Below the pieces are notes generated by a model, which was not told where the DNA came from, did no database searches, and was given only the letters and a program-made list of their open reading frames with translations. Shown piece after piece: positions 1 through 9,908 of a stretch of 55,714 nt of DNA; position 1 is the first letter of the stretch, and every line of letters begins with the position of its first letter. A program made the translations under genes and the position numbers. The stretch is taken from positions 1-55,714 of the forward strand of contig CANQTQ010000006.1 in NCBI GenBank assembly GCA_947626765.1, written 5' to 3'. Origin of the DNA: an uncultured Clostridia bacterium (lineage in GTDB: Bacteria; Bacillota; Clostridia; TANB77; CAG-508).

Positions 1-161
1 TTTTAAATTTAGCGAGCCTTCCTGTTTCAAGGAAAGCCCGTTATTTTTTATCTAAAAGTATTATCAAGTAACATTTTTTAAAGAAAGAGCTTTTATCTTA
101 AGTTTTTATGATATTTAACTACCATGAATTTTGCTTAAGACAAAAGCCCTATTTTTTTAGT

Positions 162-3100
162 TTATAATACAAACTTTTTAATTAATATTACTCCACTTGA
201 TAACATTGCAACTGATGATAATGCTAGAACTATGTAAGTAGGTGTTTCTCCTGTTTTTATTGATAAAATTACTGGTGCTTCATCTATGTCGTCTTCGCCT
301 TCTTTATCATTTCCTGGTGTTGAATCTATATCTGGTGAGTTGTATTCATTTTCGTCTTCATATATTTCTGCCCAGTTTACTTTTTGTCCTAAATTGTCTT
401 TACTGTTCTTCCATGTTAATACAATCTCTACTGTTGCACTTTCTCCTGGTTGTAATAACTTATCTTTTAATTGATCTGTTAATACTTTTCCGTCTTCTTC
501 TCTCCATAGCTTGTTATCTGCTTGATTAAATGTTAATCCCGCTGGAATATAATCTATAATTTCTTTTGCATAACCTGCTATTTCTCCTTCGTTTGTTACT
601 TTTATTACAAATCTAAATTTTACTGTCGTTTTGCTTAGTTGATTTGATTTTATTTCTACTTTTGCTGGTGCTTCTGGATTTTCGTCTCCTGTATGTCCTG
701 TTTTATTTACTGTTGTTTTTCCATTATATGTTACTATTGATTCACTTACCCATTTCTTTAATGATAAATCAAAATATTTTACTTTTATATGTTCTTCATC
801 TATGTCATCTTCATCTTCTTTATCATTATTTGGTTCTGAATCTACATCTTCTATTGGATTTCCATCTTCATCAGTATCTTCTGTTATTTCTGCTATGTTT
901 GTTATTATTCTATCTGATGTATTTGGTTCTGTTACTTTAAATGCTATTTTTACGTCTTTGTAGTCTGGCATTGTCATTTCTTCTGTAAATGCCTCTAATA
1001 AGTTTTCGCCATCTGTTTCTTCTTGCTGCTTTGATAAATAGTCTGTTTCTATGTATTTAGCTTCTTCTACGTTTTGTGTTTCTTCTCCTTCTGCTGTATA
1101 CATTTTCCAACGATACTCTATATTTGTTTCATGTTCTGGCAAGAATACTAATCCATCTGGTAAATCATCTTTTATTTTTGTAGCATACCCTGATGTATTT
1201 CCTTCATTAAAGATTCTTAATGTGTATGTAACAATGTTTCCATTTGCTACTTCTACAGGGTCTTTTGGATGTGTATATGTATTAGTTTCTCTATTATATA
1301 CTGGTACTCTATTTGTAATTTCAGTGCCTTCTACTGCTGTAATAAATTTTCTTAATGCCAAGTCAAATCTTTTTAGTACTAGTTTTTCAAAATCATCATC
1401 ATCTTGTTGACCTGGAATGTATTTATCTCCACGTTCAATTTCTGTATCTTTGTATGTTGGTAAGTTTTCATCTGAAGGTAAGTTATCATTTACTACATTA
1501 TCTTCTGGTTTTGAGTTATTATTTGTTAAGCTATTTTGAGTAGAATCTCTATCTACTAAACCTTCATTATTTTTATATTCTACAATCTCTGCTATGTTTG
1601 TAATTTTTTCATATAGGTCTATATTATCTTTTACCTTACATTTAATTTGAACATCTATGTAATCTAAAGTAGTTCCATTAAATGCTTTTAATAAAACTTT
1701 GTCTTCATTTGATGTTCTTTGTTCATAGATTTCATTTTTATTTGCAGAATTTGTTGTATTTGGTGATGTAATATCTGTTGTTACTGTTCTACCATCACTA
1801 GATACTGTCCAACCATATTTTGCATTTAAATCATCATTTACTAAAAACTCTAATTGTTCTGGTAAATGGTCTGTAATTTTAGTTGCATAGCCATCAACTT
1901 GTCCTTCATTGTATACACGAATTGTATAAGTTACAATATCTCCATTAGAAACGCTAACTGGTTCTTTTGAATGTTCATAAGTTGCTGTAGTAGATTTTCC
2001 ATTTACTAAATCTTGTAATTTTACATTTGGAGCTCTATTATATGATTTTACTTTTTCTCCAGTTTGTACTGAAGAGATAAATTTTCTTAATGCTAAGTCA
2101 AAATATTTTCCTTTTAATATTAAATTTTCAAAATCGTCATCATCTTGTTGGCTTTCTTCTCCATAGTTATTTCTATTAACATCATTTGGAGTAGAATCTC
2201 TATCTTCTACAGGTTTTCCATCTTTATCGCTATCTTCTGTAATTTCTGCAATATTTTTTAAGGTTTTATCTTGGTTTCCTACTGTAGCTATTACTTCACA
2301 TTCTATTAATAAGTCTTCATAGTGTAAAGTAGTTCCATCAAATTCATTAATTAATTTATCTTTTAAGTATGTAGTTTTTACTGTTTTTCCATCTTCAGAT
2401 GTCCATCCGTATGTTCTATTAATTTGGCTATCTGGTAGGAATTTTAGTCCATCTGGTAAATAGTCTGTTACTTCTTTAGCGTAGCCTGCTATTTCACCTT
2501 CGTTATATATTCTAATGGTGTATACTACTTTATCTCCTGTTTCTACTCTTAAAGGATCTTTTGAATGTACTTTATTAGCTGTTTGTGTTCCACCATTTTT
2601 TAAGCTTTGAAGTTCTTCATCTGAAACTGATGGTGTTCTTGTATTAGTTATATTTATTCCATCAATATTAGTTGTTTTTCCATTTATAGAAGTAATAAAT
2701 TTTCTTAATGCTAAGTCAAATTCTAGTTCTGGTGTGTATGTATATACCTTTTCATCTTCAAATGGCACTTGCTGTTTTTCTACAATAACTACTGGTTGAT
2801 CTGTTTTTGGATTTGGATTTTCTACTGACCAATATGTTGTAGTTGTTGTAAGGTATGAACCAGAAACTTTTAGTGTTAGGCTTGTAGTATCAGTATCTTT
2901 TGGTACTGAAATGTAAAAATCTTGACCTATTAAATTTTTTATATTTTGTTCAGTTGTTGTTTTATCTGATTTTAAAAGTATAACATCTGAAATATTGTTT
3001 GAAGCTCCACTTGTTACTGTTACATTTAAAGAATAATTAATATCATTTCTTAACTGTGTTATTTTATATGGTCCTAATATTAATCTATTTCCTTGAGTTG

Positions 3101-3959
3101 CTCTTGTAATTATTGTATCTTCTAATTCTACAGGTTGTGATTGTGAAGTAGCTTTATAGTTATAGCTTGAATTTGCTTCAGCTGTATTTACTAAATATTT
3201 AAACAATGCTCCGCACGCATGCATTCTATCCCATCCATTTTGGAAATAGTCTGAAACTCCAGAACCTCTTCCACTTAGTGGTTGCATTTCGCTATCTGCG
3301 TTTTCTGATACAGAATTTAAATAAAATTCAAAATTTTTATTACTACTTATATGATATTCTGAGTCTTCATTTGTAAAATACCATATTGCTAACTGTTGAA
3401 CTGCATCAATATCGTCATCTGTTAAATAATCAAATTCATATCCTCCATTTATAGTTGGAAGACCTTGCTTTGATGCATAATTATTAGCTGCTTCTAACAA
3501 AATATTTTTATTTTCATTAGCTCTATCTTTTTCATCTTGAGAGGCATTTTCAATTGCTGGCACATAAATATTATCTAAAAGCCACATTAAAGATGCATAT
3601 TTTGATTCATTTGTAGGTAAAGCATTTCTATATGCTCCCGATGTAATGCTATCTGGATTTTTCATATCAAAATGTGCCTTATAAACTTGTTGTTTTATTG
3701 TTGCTTCATAAGAGCCAAAACCAGGTCCACCTTTCAAACAGTATATAGTCTGACCTTTATCATTTTGTTCTTCATAAATTTTCCATACATTTTTTTGGCT
3801 ATTTGCTAACTGATAGCCATAACCTGATTTTCTTAAGAATTTAATGTTTAAGGTTTTACCTTGACTATCTATTGCTGCTTGTACCATTCCAAATGAGTTA
3901 ACTATTATTGCTAATATAAATAATAATATAACTAATAGCGCTCCTTTTTTTAATTTCAT
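162..3959 (-). CDS. Large cell-surface adhesin with N-terminal thioester (Cys-Gln/TED-like) domain, four repeated Ig-like/DUF11-type modules and C-terminal sortase-like anchor
   Basis: Signal peptide MKLKKGALLVILLFILAII (ATG at 3959 after GAAGG); YCL motif and QQLAIWYFTN (TQxA-IW-like); four repeats starting FDL(A/S)L(R/K)K(F/W) with acidic DDDDFE-type ends; C-terminal IKTG + hydrophobic helix + KK. Confidence 0.75.
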   Translation of the reverse strand: MKLKKGALLVILLFILAIIVNSFGMVQAAIDSQGKTLNIKFLRKSGYGYQLANSQKNVWKIYEEQNDKGQTIYCLKGGPGFGSYEATIKQQVYKAHFDMKNPDSITSGAYRNALPTNESKYASLMWLLDNIYVPAIENASQDEKDRANENKNILLEAANNYASKQGLPTINGGYEFDYLTDDDIDAVQQLAIWYFTNEDSEYHISSNKNFEFYLNSVSENADSEMQPLSGRGSGVSDYFQNGWDRMHACGALFKYLVNTAEANSSYNYKATSQSQPVELEDTIITRATQGNRLILGPYKITQLRNDINYSLNVTVTSGASNNISDVILLKSDKTTTEQNIKNLIGQDFYISVPKDTDTTSLTLKVSGSYLTTTTTYWSVENPNPKTDQPVVIVEKQQVPFEDEKVYTYTPELEFDLALRKFITSINGKTTNIDGINITNTRTPSVSDEELQSLKNGGTQTANKVHSKDPLRVETGDKVVYTIRIYNEGEIAGYAKEVTDYLPDGLKFLPDSQINRTYGWTSEDGKTVKTTYLKDKLINEFDGTTLHYEDLLIECEVIATVGNQDKTLKNIAEITEDSDKDGKPVEDRDSTPNDVNRNNYGEESQQDDDDFENLILKGKYFDLALRKFISSVQTGEKVKSYNRAPNVKLQDLVNGKSTTATYEHSKEPVSVSNGDIVTYTIRVYNEGQVDGYATKITDHLPEQLEFLVNDDLNAKYGWTVSSDGRTVTTDITSPNTTNSANKNEIYEQRTSNEDKVLLKAFNGTTLDYIDVQIKCKVKDNIDLYEKITNIAEIVEYKNNEGLVDRDSTQNSLTNNNSKPEDNVVNDNLPSDENLPTYKDTEIERGDKYIPGQQDDDDFEKLVLKRFDLALRKFITAVEGTEITNRVPVYNRETNTYTHPKDPVEVANGNIVTYTLRIFNEGNTSGYATKIKDDLPDGLVFLPEHETNIEYRWKMYTAEGEETQNVEEAKYIETDYLSKQQEETDGENLLEAFTEEMTMPDYKDVKIAFKVTEPNTSDRIITNIAEITEDTDEDGNPIEDVDSEPNNDKEDEDDIDEEHIKVKYFDLSLKKWVSESIVTYNGKTTVNKTGHTGDENPEAPAKVEIKSNQLSKTTVKFRFVIKVTNEGEIAGYAKEIIDYIPAGLTFNQADNKLWREEDGKVLTDQLKDKLLQPGESATVEIVLTWKNSKDNLGQKVNWAEIYEDENEYNSPDIDSTPGNDKEGEDDIDEAPVILSIKTGETPTYIVLALSSVAMLSSGVILIKKFVL

Positions 3960-4214
3960 TGTTTTTACCTTCTTTCCAATCACATTAATATCTAAATTTA
4001 TTTTACTTTTGTTTTTTTAACATGTCAATAGCAGTATTTTACATGATTTCCATATTTTTTTATATTGACATTTTTTTCTCTTACGGATTTTATAATTACT
4101 AATTTTATTAAAAAATTATAGCCTTATATTACAATTATATTACATTTTTGTCATATTTTCAAGGGTTTTGGCGAATAAATTGGTTGTTTTCCTAGATTCC
4201 GTAAATAAATATAA

Positions 4215-4252
4215 GAAAAAGCATATGAAATATTAATTTCATATGCTTTTTC
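4215..4252. terminator. Inverted repeat, likely rho-independent terminator
   Basis: GAAAAAGCATATGAAAT-ATTA-ATTTCATATGCTTTTTC perfect 17-bp stem just after the 4258 stop. Confidence 0.7.
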
Positions 4253-4257
4253 CTTTT

Positions 4258-4542
4258 TTACGGGTTCATGTTTTTCCAGAACCTGTCTATTGCTTTTTGC
4301 CTAACTGCTTCTGGCAAATCCTCTTTTTTGATGCTTGTGAATTTGCCACACTCCGGGCACTGGAAAACGTAAACCTGTTCATCTTCACCCTCTAGATGAC
4401 CATAGTCGCAAAGTATGAAGATATCATCCTCAGAAACTGCGAGCAGTGCTTGGCATCCGTCGTCGCCATGTTCGTTTACGTTTCCAGTGCAAGTTCTTTC
4501 AATTTCCCAGCTTTTCGGATTTCTTGTTGATAAGACTCTCAT
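4258..4542 (-). CDS. Small hypothetical protein with CxxC (CPECG) zinc-ribbon-like motif
   Basis: 94-aa ORF, AAGGAGG RBS upstream, visibly higher GC than flanks. Confidence 0.6.
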   Translation of the reverse strand: MRVLSTRNPKSWEIERTCTGNVNEHGDDGCQALLAVSEDDIFILCDYGHLEGEDEQVYVFQCPECGKFTSIKKEDLPEAVRQKAIDRFWKNMNP

Positions 4543-4675
4543 GGTGTAACCTCCTTAAAAGAAATTGAATTGATATAAATGCAACTTGTGCAATGTGTAT
4601 ATATTATAGCAAAGTACATATATTATGTCAAATTTTAAAATTTATGAAAAAGGGATTTAAGTTTATATAAAGGTA

Positions 4676-5116
4676 TTAAAAATTAATTATTTTATTTATA
4701 TTTTCTATAAATTCTATTCCTTCTATCTTATTAATTCCAAAACATTTCTTACCTAAATCTTTGAGTGATGCTCCACAATGATAAAGTTCTTTGTTATCTA
4801 TAATAATAAATCTATCATGAAAATTATCTGTTCTTGCTATTTTTAGTGTCCCATATTGCTCATTAAATTTCTTAATATCTAGTTTTGTTATATTTATACT
4901 TACTTGAACTGCAATCTCATTTCTTAATAGACCTGAAAGCATTGCTATACCTTGTTCTGTAAAAACATATGGCAAATATTTACGGTGTCTGCCTCTACCT
5001 TCATTTTCGTTTAAGGTCACAAATTGTGACCTTAAAAAATTTATTTCAGTTTCTTCTTCATATTTTACTAAGTTTAAGTCTTTATTTATTGGTTCAATAT
5101 TATTGTGATTATTCAT
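4676..5116 (-). pseudogene. Internally deleted ORF6N-family DNA-binding protein remnant
   Basis: Contains GRGRHRKYLPYVFTEQGIAML and FHDRFIIID...HCGASLKDLGKKCF motifs, but the N-terminal and middle segments typical of the family are missing (146 aa). Confidence 0.55.
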
Positions 5117-5416
5117 ATATAACCTAACTCCTTCTTTGGATAAACTTTGTTTGTATTATAAAACATATGTTTGTAAATGTCAATACACTTATACGAATAA
5201 ATTATATTATATATTCCATAAAAAATATTAAAATCAAAACCAGGTATTCGAACTGGAGGAGTATTTTTTATATATAAAAACCATTATTTAAAAAGTGCCT
5301 ATTTGTTAATACCTGTAAAAAATGTTAATGTAGTTTTTGGAAAATTATAAAAAATTGAAAAAAATTACAAAGAAGTTGAAACACTTGATATAAAAAGCTT
5401 TAAACATTTACAAAAA

Positions 5417-5445
5417 TTCCACAGAATTCTTAAAAATCTGTGGAA
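5417..5445 (-). terminator. Terminator downstream of tRNA pair
   Basis: TTCCACAGA...TCTGTGGAA stem followed by T-run on minus strand. Confidence 0.6.
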
Positions 5446-5458
5446 ATTGGTTTTAACT

Positions 5459-5532
5459 TGGAGGCGACACCCGGATTCGAACCGGGGATCAGAGTTTTGC
5501 AGACTCGTGCCTTACCACTTGGCTATATCGCC
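5459..5532 (-). tRNA. tRNA-Cys (GCA)
   Basis: Reverse complement GGCGATATAGCCAAGTGGTAAGGC...CTGCAAA...CCCGGTTCGAATCCGGGTGTCGCCTCCA folds as a cloverleaf, CCA encoded. Confidence 0.95.
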
Positions 5533-5588
5533 ATTTAAATATACTTGTTACATAGCAAAAATCTTTGATTTTTCTCATATAATAAAAA

Positions 5589-5664
5589 TGGAGCGGAAAA
5601 CGGGGCTCAAACCCGCGACCTCTGCCTTGGCAAGGCAGCGCTCTATCAACTGAGCTATTTCCGC
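5589..5664 (-). tRNA. tRNA-Gly (GCC) with non-canonical A19/U56 elbow
   Basis: GCGGAAATAGCTCAGTTGATAGAGCGCTGCCTTGCCAAGGCAGAGGTCGCGGGTTTGAGCCCCGTTTTCCGCTCCA; 76 nt, 7-nt anticodon loop, U73 discriminator. Confidence 0.93.
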
Positions 5665-5717
5665 ATATGCTTTATTTTCATAAAGCATTATAATAATAGC
5701 AAATTTTTATAAAAAAG

Positions 5718-6959
5718 TCAAGGTACTAACTTTAAAAATTCTATAATATAATCTAAAACTTCTTTTTTTTGAATAATATCTTCTGCCATAATGTCTAAAT
5801 TTCCTATTATTTTATCTTTAATTTGTATTTTGGCACTTCCTATTATTTGATTTTTATTAACTGGTGCTTCTAAATAGTATAAACAAGAAAAATTAGTAAT
5901 AATGCTATCTTTTTCTGATTTTTTTATTGCTATTTCTTCGTAAGGTAGCTCATTTATTTTTAAATGTATTTGACTTTCTTTACCTTTATTAATATATATA
6001 CGTTTTTCATTTAAATTTTTCCATCTTTCAAACTCATTTTGTATTATTTCTTTTATATTAATTACTTCATAATTTTTATATGCATATTCAATTAATTTTA
6101 TGCTATCTGATGTTCTAATTTTTTTAGTATCTGCTCCAAGTACTACTGTTATAATATCTAATTCTCCTCTTTTGCAAGCTGTTACTAAACATCTTCCAGC
6201 GCCATTTGTAAATCCTGTTTTTACTCCATATACTCCATTTAAATTTCCTAATAGTTCATTTGTATTAGAAATTATTTTTGACTTTCCATTTATTGTGATA
6301 TTGTAGCTTTTACTTCCTACTATTTCTTTAAACTTTGGTATTTCTAAAGCGTAATCTGCCATACATGCAAGTTCATATGCTGTTGTATAATGCTCTTTTT
6401 CATCTAAGCCATGTGGAGTTACAAAGTGACTATTTACTAGTCCCATTTCTTGCGCTTTTTTATTCATTAAGTTACTAAAACCTTCTATACTTCCTCCTAC
6501 ATGAATTGCTAATGCTACGGCTGCGTCATTTCCAGACTTTAGCATAAGTCCATAAAGTAAATCATGTACTGTAATTTTATCATTTAGTTTTAATCCTAAT
6601 CTTGAGCCTCCTGTACCTGCTGCTTTTTTATCTATTGTTACTATGTCTGATAGATTTGCATTTTCTAGCACCACAATACTAGTCATAATTTTTGTAGTGC
6701 TTGCCATTGGTACTTGTTTTTGACCATTTTTTTCATATAGTATGGTTTTAGAGCTTCTATCATATATTAAACCTATTCGTGCATTTAGTTTTAAAGTATC
6801 TTCTATTGTGGCTGATGTTTGAATTATTTCATTTTGAATTTCATTATAACTTAGTGGTTCTTCATCTTCTATGTCTGCATAAGATACACTAATTTGTAGT
6901 ATAAGTAATATTACAGCTGAAAGCACAATTATTTTGTTAATTAGTTTTTTATACTGCAT
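5718..6959 (-). CDS. D-alanyl-D-alanine carboxypeptidase (peptidase S11)
   Basis: Signal peptide; MASTTKIMT (SxxK), SGND (SxN) and KTG motifs. Confidence 0.92.
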   Translation of the reverse strand: MQYKKLINKIIVLSAVILLILQISVSYADIEDEEPLSYNEIQNEIIQTSATIEDTLKLNARIGLIYDRSSKTILYEKNGQKQVPMASTTKIMTSIVVLENANLSDIVTIDKKAAGTGGSRLGLKLNDKITVHDLLYGLMLKSGNDAAVALAIHVGGSIEGFSNLMNKKAQEMGLVNSHFVTPHGLDEKEHYTTAYELACMADYALEIPKFKEIVGSKSYNITINGKSKIISNTNELLGNLNGVYGVKTGFTNGAGRCLVTACKRGELDIITVVLGADTKKIRTSDSIKLIEYAYKNYEVINIKEIIQNEFERWKNLNEKRIYINKGKESQIHLKINELPYEEIAIKKSEKDSIITNFSCLYYLEAPVNKNQIIGSAKIQIKDKIIGNLDIMAEDIIQKKEVLDYIIEFLKLVP

Positions 6960-7096
6960 ATAAAAATCACCTTATAAATTTATATTTTATAAGATGATCT
7001 TTTATTCTTATTATTTAAAATAATTCCTCATGTTCTTTTGTTATAATTTCTCTTTGCTTTTTGGAAATAATAATCTATTAAGTAACTTTATACTTA

Positions 7097-8485
7097 TTAA
7101 ATATTAAATCTTCTTTCATAAGCATCTTCTCCTATGCTTCGTCCGCCAGGTTGTCTTTTTACTGTACTTCCTCCTTCATTTTCTCCGTTGCCTTCTTCTT
7201 CGTCTCCTTGAATATCTTCTTCTTTCTTTCTGAATTTATTTTCTATTTCTTTATCAACTCTTGCTCTAGCTTCTTGCATACTTAAATTTTCTTCTCCTAA
7301 CATATAGTTAAATATGCTTATTGCTTCTTCTCTTTGATAGCCTTCATCTACTAAACTTTGTATGATTTGATCTGCATGGGCTGCTAAATACATTTCATCA
7401 TATTGTATGCCATCTTCTTTAGCGACTTCATTTGCTTGTGCTTTTTCATAGCCTTCTGTTTGTTTAGATGGATCTGCTTTTCTACTTCTAATTGAAGTAG
7501 TTTCATTTACTGCTCTTGAATTATAGTCTCTTCCGTTTAGTTCTATGTCATGTGATAACCATTCTCCATTTTGCCCTTGTCTTGCTTCTTCAATGTCTAA
7601 GTAACCGTAAGAGTCTATGTTAATATTTATACGTATGTCTCTAATGTCTTTGTCTATACTATTTAAGCCTTTTGTTCTCATTACTTGATATGGTACGTTT
7701 TTAGTAACAGGATTTCCATCGTTTCCAATACTTACAGTTTCTTGCCTTAAAGAAGTTTGAGAATCTTCAAAAAATTTAGATGGCTGTGAGTTTCCGTTTT
7801 CATCTATGTATTCTGCTTTAACAACTCCACTATTATCTCTATAAAAATACAAATTACTTTCAAGTTCTGGATGGTCTTTGTAAAAGTTGCTATTTGCTCT
7901 TACAAATAATATGCTATGAGTAGGTATTCCTTTTTTATTTGCTATTTCTTCTTTTTGACTTTCTTCTTCACTTGCTTTAGTTTCTTGTTCTTCGCTTTCT
8001 TCTTGTTGTTCTTTATCTTCTTGAGAAGTTTCTTTGACCATTCCTTTTTGTAAGCTATTATGTTGTTTTTCTTCTTTAGATTGTGCCATTTCTGATTTTG
8101 TTAAAACCACATCATCTACTTGTAACTCATCTGGTAATTCAAAATCTGAATCTTCAAGTTTTAATCTTGTAAAATATTTTCCATAATCTTCTCTTAATTT
8201 TTCTATATATTCTGGCATGAAATGCAATTTTCCATGTTCATTTACTGTTGCAATTAAGCTATTTGAACTCTCAGAGTATATTTCATAAGTTGTAGTGCTA
8301 TCTTTTAAATTTTGTACTTTTGCAACAAATACATTATTGTCTTTAAATCCACTTTGAGTAAATTCAAAGTCTTGATAAAATGTAATAGTATCTACTGATG
8401 TTTGATTTCTATCTACTCCTTGTTCAATTAAGTCTACTATAGATAACATTTTTTCATGTAATTCTTTATTTCTTTTCTCTTCCAT
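7097..8485 (-). CDS. Hypothetical acidic soluble protein at distal end of T4SS-like cluster
   Basis: 462-aa ORF, AAGGAG RBS, E/Q-rich linkers, no TM segment. Confidence 0.7.
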   Translation of the reverse strand: MEEKRNKELHEKMLSIVDLIEQGVDRNQTSVDTITFYQDFEFTQSGFKDNNVFVAKVQNLKDSTTTYEIYSESSNSLIATVNEHGKLHFMPEYIEKLREDYGKYFTRLKLEDSDFELPDELQVDDVVLTKSEMAQSKEEKQHNSLQKGMVKETSQEDKEQQEESEEQETKASEEESQKEEIANKKGIPTHSILFVRANSNFYKDHPELESNLYFYRDNSGVVKAEYIDENGNSQPSKFFEDSQTSLRQETVSIGNDGNPVTKNVPYQVMRTKGLNSIDKDIRDIRININIDSYGYLDIEEARQGQNGEWLSHDIELNGRDYNSRAVNETTSIRSRKADPSKQTEGYEKAQANEVAKEDGIQYDEMYLAAHADQIIQSLVDEGYQREEAISIFNYMLGEENLSMQEARARVDKEIENKFRKKEEDIQGDEEEGNGENEGGSTVKRQPGGRSIGEDAYERRFNI

Positions 8486-8544
8486 TATTAACTCCTTATA
8501 TATATTAAGAGGGCTTTTATTTTTTTGCCCTCTTTTTTATAAAA

Positions 8545-9894
8545 TTAGTTTACACTAAATGACATTACAAAGTCTGTTCCTTCTTTTAATTGCATTACAA
8601 AAGTTTTAGTAATAGTTTTTTCATTTTTACTAGATGCGTCTGAAATTGTTATAGTATACAAATATACATCATCTTGTTTTTCTGCATTTTTTGCAGTAGC
8701 CTTATTTTGTTCATAAAAGTTTTCTTTTATATATTTTTCAAAATCTGCTAATGTTTTAAAGTTGTTTGCTTTATATGTTTCGTCTAGCTTATTATAAGCA
8801 TATTCATAATCTGCATTATTAATAGCTTCAAGGAATTTTTGAATATTTAATAATACCTTTTCTTCATTTGTAGAACTATTATATTTTTCTACAAATTCTG
8901 GTAAGTCTAATGTATAGGTGTCTAATATAACTTTATATTGCATTGGTGTGATTTCTTGAAAAATATAATAATTTCCATAGTTATCTATAAAAACATATTG
9001 TGTATAATCGTCTTTAATTTGTGTTGAATATTCTGATAAATTTATTATATTTAATTTTTCTCTATTATTTTCTATCCAATATTCAAACTTTTCATAAGTT
9101 CCAAATCTTTTATTTTTATAATTTTCTTCTAAATATTCATAAGCTAAAGATGAATTTCCTAGCATCATTTTTTTGAAGCTATCTAAATACTTATTTGAAA
9201 TATATCCTCTGTTTATTTTTTCATATACATAAGAATTATTACTATTTTTTTGTATTTCTATGTTTTGATTATTTAACTTTATTTCATTAATATCTTTATA
9301 TGTATTTTTTAATAATGGCTCTATAGAAAAAGTATTGTTTTTTACATCTAGTGTAACAATTATATATATATATCTTATAAATTTATTTTCTATACTTTGA
9401 GTATAACCATACACTGCATATTTCTCTGTTGTTCTTCCTGGTAAAATATTCATTTTTAATGGTATAAATAATTCTTGTTCATTTACTTGCTCTACATAAG
9501 AATATACATTATTTATTGTAATTTTGTTTTGAATTACATAGTCTTTATCTAATAAATCCATTATTAGTTGTGCTATAGCAGAGTCATCTATTACTTTTAC
9601 ATATTTTCCATTTTCATCAGTACCATAATAACTAGAATTATTTTTATTTAGCTTATTTAAATATTCAGAAACACAATTTGAAACTGTATAAAAATTAATC
9701 TCATCTGTTACTATTTCTGTTTTAGCATTATCATAATCATAGATATCTCCAGATATTGTTTCATTGTCAAAAATATTATTTACATTTTCATTTTGTCCAT
9801 TTGAGTATTGATATTTCAGTAAAATTATTAGCATAACTATTAATAGAAGAATAATAATTATTATAGGTATTATCATATTTTTTAAATTTTGCAT
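8545..9894 (-). CDS. Membrane-anchored protein with repeated NTF2-like/VirB8-like modules (putative T4SS component)
   Basis: N-terminal TM helix; repeated 'AY..L...YK..F' helical motifs; operon context. Confidence 0.55.
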   Translation of the reverse strand: MQNLKNMIIPIIIIILLLIVMLIILLKYQYSNGQNENVNNIFDNETISGDIYDYDNAKTEIVTDEINFYTVSNCVSEYLNKLNKNNSSYYGTDENGKYVKVIDDSAIAQLIMDLLDKDYVIQNKITINNVYSYVEQVNEQELFIPLKMNILPGRTTEKYAVYGYTQSIENKFIRYIYIIVTLDVKNNTFSIEPLLKNTYKDINEIKLNNQNIEIQKNSNNSYVYEKINRGYISNKYLDSFKKMMLGNSSLAYEYLEENYKNKRFGTYEKFEYWIENNREKLNIINLSEYSTQIKDDYTQYVFIDNYGNYYIFQEITPMQYKVILDTYTLDLPEFVEKYNSSTNEEKVLLNIQKFLEAINNADYEYAYNKLDETYKANNFKTLADFEKYIKENFYEQNKATAKNAEKQDDVYLYTITISDASSKNEKTITKTFVMQLKEGTDFVMSFSVN

Positions 9895-9908
9895 TTTATT
9901 CCTCCTAT

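Noticed and set aside
5447-5653. 68-aa plus-strand ORF
   Set aside because: Antisense to tRNA-Cys and tRNA-Gly.
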